Part shown: piece by piece, positions 60,431 to 64,000 of the stretch
How the letters are laid out: the number at the start of each line of letters is the position of its first letter
How positions within the stretch are numbered: the first letter of the stretch is position 1
DNA from: Acidobacteriota bacterium
GTDB taxonomy: Bacteria; Acidobacteriota; UBA890; WLXD01
Length of the DNA: 64,000 nt
Assembly (NCBI GenBank): GCA_963666055.2
Contig: CAXWPH010000015.1
Span: forward strand, 1,888,001-1,952,000
Direction of reading: 5' to 3'
Translations under genes and position numbers: made by a program
The notes under the pieces: model-generated
Databases searched by the model: none
Told to the model about the DNA's origin: nothing
What the model saw: only the letters and a program-made list of their open reading frames with translations

Positions 60431-60879
60431 CTGTCGGCGCCTCCGCTGCTCACTGGTCGAGCGAGAATCCGGTCGGCGATTTGCTTGGCGAGGTCGCCGG
60501 CATCAGCCTCTAGCTGTCGCCGGGCCTCATTGATCTGCGTGTCGATCTCGGCCTTCGCCTCCTCTACCGTGCGTGCCGCCTCGGCGCGCGCCTCACCCAA
60601 CAGCCGATCGCGTTCGGCGCGCGCCTCTGCTTGGGCGTGCTCACGAATCGCGTAGGCCTCTTTGCGCGCCCTGGAAACACGTTCCTCCACCTGTGCGAGT
60701 CGTTCTTCCTGGATGCGCGCAGCGTTGGCGAAAGCCTCGCTGGCTTCGTCGATCTCAGCCTGTCGCTTCGCGAGGATCGCGGTAAGCGGTCCGAACAGCC
60801 ACCGGTTGGCGATGATCACCATGGCGATGATCGCCGCGGCGACAAGCGCGATGGTGGGCAAGTGCGGGAAATTGTCCAT
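60427..60879 (-). CDS. ATP synthase F0 subunit b'
   Basis: N-terminal TM, LFGPL..IL..R, coiled coil, IADRIL. Confidence 0.88.
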   Translation of the reverse strand: MDNFPHLPTIALVAAAIIAMVIIANRWLFGPLTAILAKRQAEIDEASEAFANAARIQEERLAQVEERVSRARKEAYAIREHAQAEARAERDRLLGEARAEAARTVEEAKAEIDTQINEARRQLEADAGDLAKQIADRILARPVSSGGADS

Positions 60880-61019
60880 CGAGGCCTGGGTCTCAGCTGC
60901 CGGTTACCTGCGGCCCTGTCGGCTGCGGGGGGGCGAGGCTTGCAGAGTTCGAGCGAACACGGAACAGGTGAGCCCGGTTGCCAGCGAAAGGCGGCTGAGG
61001 AACAAAATGGCCGCCCGTG

Positions 61020-61397
61020 TCATTCGAGCGTAGCGATCATGCGGCTGAGTTCTCGCGCCACCGAAGAGCGACACGACTCATCGGCGACAGATTCTATCAG
61101 CCGTGTCGAAAGGTCGGCAAACAACCGCGCGATCGCTTCCGTGACGATGGCTTTTACCTCGCCGGTGAAAGCGTCGACCTCTACGGTGAGCTGCGCCTCC
61201 CACTTCGCTCCCACCGCGTCGTCGACCGTCAAGGTCACGACCGTAGCGTCGCTGCGATACTCGTAAAGGTGCGGGCCGCTCAACCCAGAGGCTCCGACCT
61301 CGAGTTGGTAGCCGCGGCGCTCGAGGGCCGCCGCGAACGAGTCGCGAATCAGGTCGACGAAGCTCTCGCGGCCGAGGTAGGAGCACGCCGTCAGCAT
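61020..61397 (-). CDS. hypothetical protein (~125 aa)
   Basis: Coding-like composition; ATG 61397 overlaps the stop of the upstream relic ORF (TGATG). Confidence 0.6.
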   Translation of the reverse strand: MLTACSYLGRESFVDLIRDSFAAALERRGYQLEVGASGLSGPHLYEYRSDATVVTLTVDDAVGAKWEAQLTVEVDAFTGEVKAIVTEAIARLFADLSTRLIESVADESCRSSVARELSRMIATLE

Positions 61398-61642
61398 CAG
61401 AGCAGATACAGCACCAAGTAGATCACCGACCCCCGAACCACGGCGCTCGTCGACCGTGTTCTCGCCAGCAGGTCCACGGGCCATCGCAGCCCGCGCGCCC
61501 CGAGAACAGCCCTTGTAGCACAAACTGCGCGCCGTCGATGATCGGGGCGCACACCCGGCTCCCCGGTGCGCCAACAGAATCCGATCGCGACAGGCAGCGT
61601 GGCGCGGTAGATCCAGTCAGAATCGAGATTCACCGAGCCCAT
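61397..61642 (-). pseudogene. relic second copy of the mrpD 3' end
   Basis: SVNLDSDWIYR is identical to the neighbouring MrpD; LLARTRST..LVLYLL echoes ILERTWPT..LLLYFF. Confidence 0.7.
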
Positions 61643-61652
61643 CGCAGGCGGC

Positions 61653-61688
61653 TAGCAGGCCGTGGTTCAGCACGACGAACGGCCGGCT
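61653..61688. repeat. partial TAGCAGGCCGTGGT repeat forming an imperfect hairpin at the mrpD stop
   Basis: 14/14 match to the repeat start; AGCAGGCCGT (61654-61663) pairs 9/10 with ACGGCCGGCT (61679-61688). Confidence 0.6.
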
Positions 61689-63380
61689 TCAAAAGAAATA
61701 GAGCAGCAGCAAGATCGCCAGGAGGACGGCAACCCACAATGCCATGCTGCCGGTCGGCCAGGTGCGCTCGAGGATCCCCTCCGGCCCGTGATAACGGTGC
61801 ACCGTCTGCAACGTGATGGTAATGCGTCGCCCCGCTCTCTCCAGCACTCCGTTCCAGAGGCGAGCGCCGGCGCGCACGACGGGCGCCAGCGTGCTCGGCA
61901 CGAGGCGCCGGTAGATCCAGTCACTGTCTAGGTTGACCGATCTCAACTCCGGTGGATACAGCCCGACCCAGTTTAGCCAAGCGAAGGCGACGGCGGACCA
62001 GAACAGAAGCTGGAGCTGCGTGATCACATGCGTCGCCGTGTACGGTTCGTAGTCAACCGGGAATGGCAGAACCCCGTAGAGGAGCGCCGGGAAAGCACCG
62101 ATTCCGATGCATAGCGAAGCGGCTAGCCCCATGGCGATCAGCATGTTGCGCGGCGCCTCTCTGCAGCGGATTCCCGAGTCATGTGCGAAGAAGGCGAAAT
62201 AGGGAATCTTGATACCGGAGTGGTGAAAGACGCCCGCCGACGCGAACAGCAACACGAAGTAGACGAATGTGTAGTGATTCTCGGCGGTCGCGGAAATGAT
62301 CAATGACTTGGTGGCGAAGCCGCTGAAGAGCGGAAACGCGGAGATCGAAGCGGCCCCGACCATACAGAAGCCGGTCGTCCACGGCATCGATTTGTAGAGT
62401 CCGCCGAGCTCGGAACCCTTCATCGTGCCGGTGCGTAGCAGCACCGCCCCCATCGACATGAAAAGCACACCCTTGAAGAGAATGTCGGCGAACGCGTGGG
62501 CGGCAGCGCCGTTGAGGGCCATCTCGGTACCGATGCCGATCCCAACGACCATGAAACCCAGCTGGTTGTTCATGCTGTAGGTCAGCACCCGACGGAGGTC
62601 GTTGACAATCACGGCGAAGAAGATCGGAAAGGCGGTCATCGTGACGCCGATCCAGACCAGCAGCTCGGTTCCGGGGTAGCCTCGCGCGAGGGCGTAGATT
62701 GCCATCTTGGTGGTGAAGGCGCTCAGAAACACCGTCCCGGTCACGGTGGCTTCCGGATAGGCGTCCTCGAGCCAGTTGTGCAGCAGCGGGAAGGCACACT
62801 TGATGCCGAAGGCGATGAAAATGAGCCAACCACCCAGGCCACTGAGCCCCAGATAGTCGAACGCCAGCGATCCGGTTTCGTGGACGTGTGCCAGAGCCCC
62901 AGCGAGCAGCAGCACGCCGGACGTTATTTGGAAGATCAAATAGCGCATGCCAGCCCGATACGAGCGCTCGCTGCGGCGTGCCCAGATCAAGAAGACGGAG
63001 GAGATCGCGGCCAGCTCCCAGTAAACGAAAAGCGTGATCAAGTCGCCCGCGAAAACCGCGCCGATGGCGCTGCCGGCGTATATGAATGCGGCGACGTGTT
63101 GGCCGGTGTCCTTGACCCGCAGGGCGAAGATCATGCCGAGGAACGCGGCGATGTGGAAGATGTAGCCGAACACGAGGCTCAGCCGGTCGACGCGGACGGG
63201 CGTCAGCGAGTAGTCGAAGACGGAGAGCTGCAGCAGGTCCCCGTGCGACATCACCAGCAACTGGAGGAAACCCAGCAGCGGCAGAAGGAGCATATAGGCC
63301 GCCCGAACGCGCCCGCGCACAAGCGGGATCAGCAACCCTCCGAAGATCAGGAGCCAGCCGGGCGGGAGGCTATCGATCAT
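61689..63380 (-). CDS. mrpD: Mrp-type Na+/H+ antiporter subunit D
   Basis: VYWEL, FGIKCAFPLLHNWL.DAYPEA, SAFTTK, AHAFADILFKG, FPLFSGF. Start set at ATG 63380. Confidence 0.9.
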   Translation of the reverse strand: MIDSLPPGWLLIFGGLLIPLVRGRVRAAYMLLLPLLGFLQLLVMSHGDLLQLSVFDYSLTPVRVDRLSLVFGYIFHIAAFLGMIFALRVKDTGQHVAAFIYAGSAIGAVFAGDLITLFVYWELAAISSVFLIWARRSERSYRAGMRYLIFQITSGVLLLAGALAHVHETGSLAFDYLGLSGLGGWLIFIAFGIKCAFPLLHNWLEDAYPEATVTGTVFLSAFTTKMAIYALARGYPGTELLVWIGVTMTAFPIFFAVIVNDLRRVLTYSMNNQLGFMVVGIGIGTEMALNGAAAHAFADILFKGVLFMSMGAVLLRTGTMKGSELGGLYKSMPWTTGFCMVGAASISAFPLFSGFATKSLIISATAENHYTFVYFVLLFASAGVFHHSGIKIPYFAFFAHDSGIRCREAPRNMLIAMGLAASLCIGIGAFPALLYGVLPFPVDYEPYTATHVITQLQLLFWSAVAFAWLNWVGLYPPELRSVNLDSDWIYRRLVPSTLAPVVRAGARLWNGVLERAGRRITITLQTVHRYHGPEGILERTWPTGSMALWVAVLLAILLLLYFF

Positions 63381-63681
63381 AGTAATCTTCGCCCCGGCCG
63401 ACGATCTTGCGCAGCTGCTTGGCAGCCAGAACCAGGAGCACGCAGGAGACAAATCCGTAGAAGCCGAAAAAGCCAACGACGCGCTCGATTGCATACTCAA
63501 TGTGTTTTTCGTAAAAGAGGTCCGCCGCGACAAGAAGGGCGCAGACAATCCAGAGGCCGACGTATATCTTGCGGACGTTTCGCGCCTCGTCGAGCCAGTA
63601 CTTTTTCTCGCCCCGCGCGAACTTCGTCGCAGCGCCGGGCGAGCGCTTCGCGTGGCCGTCGGTGTCGTTGTCGTCTTGCAT
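63370..63681 (-). CDS. small two-TM protein of Mrp operons
   Basis: YWLD..NV.K, GFFGFYGFVSCVLLVLAAK.LR..R.EDYYD; lies between two MrpD-type genes. Confidence 0.75.
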   Translation of the reverse strand: MQDDNDTDGHAKRSPGAATKFARGEKKYWLDEARNVRKIYVGLWIVCALLVAADLFYEKHIEYAIERVVGFFGFYGFVSCVLLVLAAKQLRKIVGRGEDYYDR

Positions 63682-63687
63682 AGCTCG

Positions 63688-64000
63688 CTAGGGGTTCACG
63701 ATCGGGGTCAACAGCTGGTACAGGTCGTCGGCGAAAAAGAAGAGGGCCAGGCAACCTGCGGCCGTTGCGCAGAGCGCTACCAGGCAGAAGATCGGCGCTT
63801 CTTTGATCGACAATCCGCCGTTTGCCCCGAGCGCCGTTCCCTGTGACACACCACTGCCGTCGTCCTCGCCGGACGCTGACTCCGGAGGGGCGACGAAGAA
63901 TGCCCGCGCCACGATCGGCATCAGGTACGCGACGTTCAGCAGCGAGCTGATCATCAGAACGGCAACGAAGATGGCCTGCTCCGCTTCGAGCGCCCCGAGG
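63688..64000 (-). CDS. monovalent cation/H+ antiporter subunit D-family protein, C-terminal part
   Basis: VLMISSLLNVAYLMPIVARAFF..IKEAP; frame open to the window edge. Confidence 0.85.
   Translation of the reverse strand, partial: LGALEAEQAIFVAVLMISSLLNVAYLMPIVARAFFVAPPESASGEDDGSGVSQGTALGANGGLSIKEAPIFCLVALCATAAGCLALFFFADDLYQLLTPIVNP

Noticed and set aside
60880-61019. possible SRP-like or other ncRNA upstream of atpF'
   Set aside because: Only a superficial CAGG..GCAGC similarity; the conserved SRP core is not present.

Overview
GC-rich bacterial chromosomal window, diderm and probably Acidobacteriota. The taxon is inferred from the HslU N-terminus, the split atp operon with b/b', mfd-surA adjacency and Omp85/LPS-type genes. 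It is mostly core genome: rplU (partial); a TPR-lipoprotein / metallopeptidase-propeller-Omp85 / coiled-coil gene run; dprA-topA-trmFO-tlpA-xerC-hslVU-(FN3 lipoprotein)-dapF; a ~17 kb glycosyltransferase cluster with a chain-terminator-like methyltransferase and ugd; uvrA and rsmI; a Tat-exported D-amino-acid oxidase; a PCYCGC-cytochrome c lipoprotein; surA-mfd-hldC-wzt-wzm; the atpF'FHAGDC block; and the end of an Mrp antiporter operon. I saw no tRNA, rRNA, CRISPR array, prophage or intact transposase. The most notable observations are (1) DapF with both catalytic Cys replaced by Ser, (2) a giant LptM-like FN3 lipoprotein with an acidic insert directly upstream of dapF, (3) a POTRA-less Omp85 fused to an intact HEXXH peptidase, (4) a circularly permuted exported DAAO, (5) a ~50-aa insertion in ATP synthase gamma at the site of the cyanobacterial/chloroplast regulatory insert, (6) a PCYCGC-heme c fusion with an internal degenerate duplicate, (7) a dispersed TAGCAGGCC repeat family at gene ends, and (8) a decayed second copy of the mrpD 3' end. 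All calls come from manual motif recognition; no database search was run, and several start codons were adjusted by eye.
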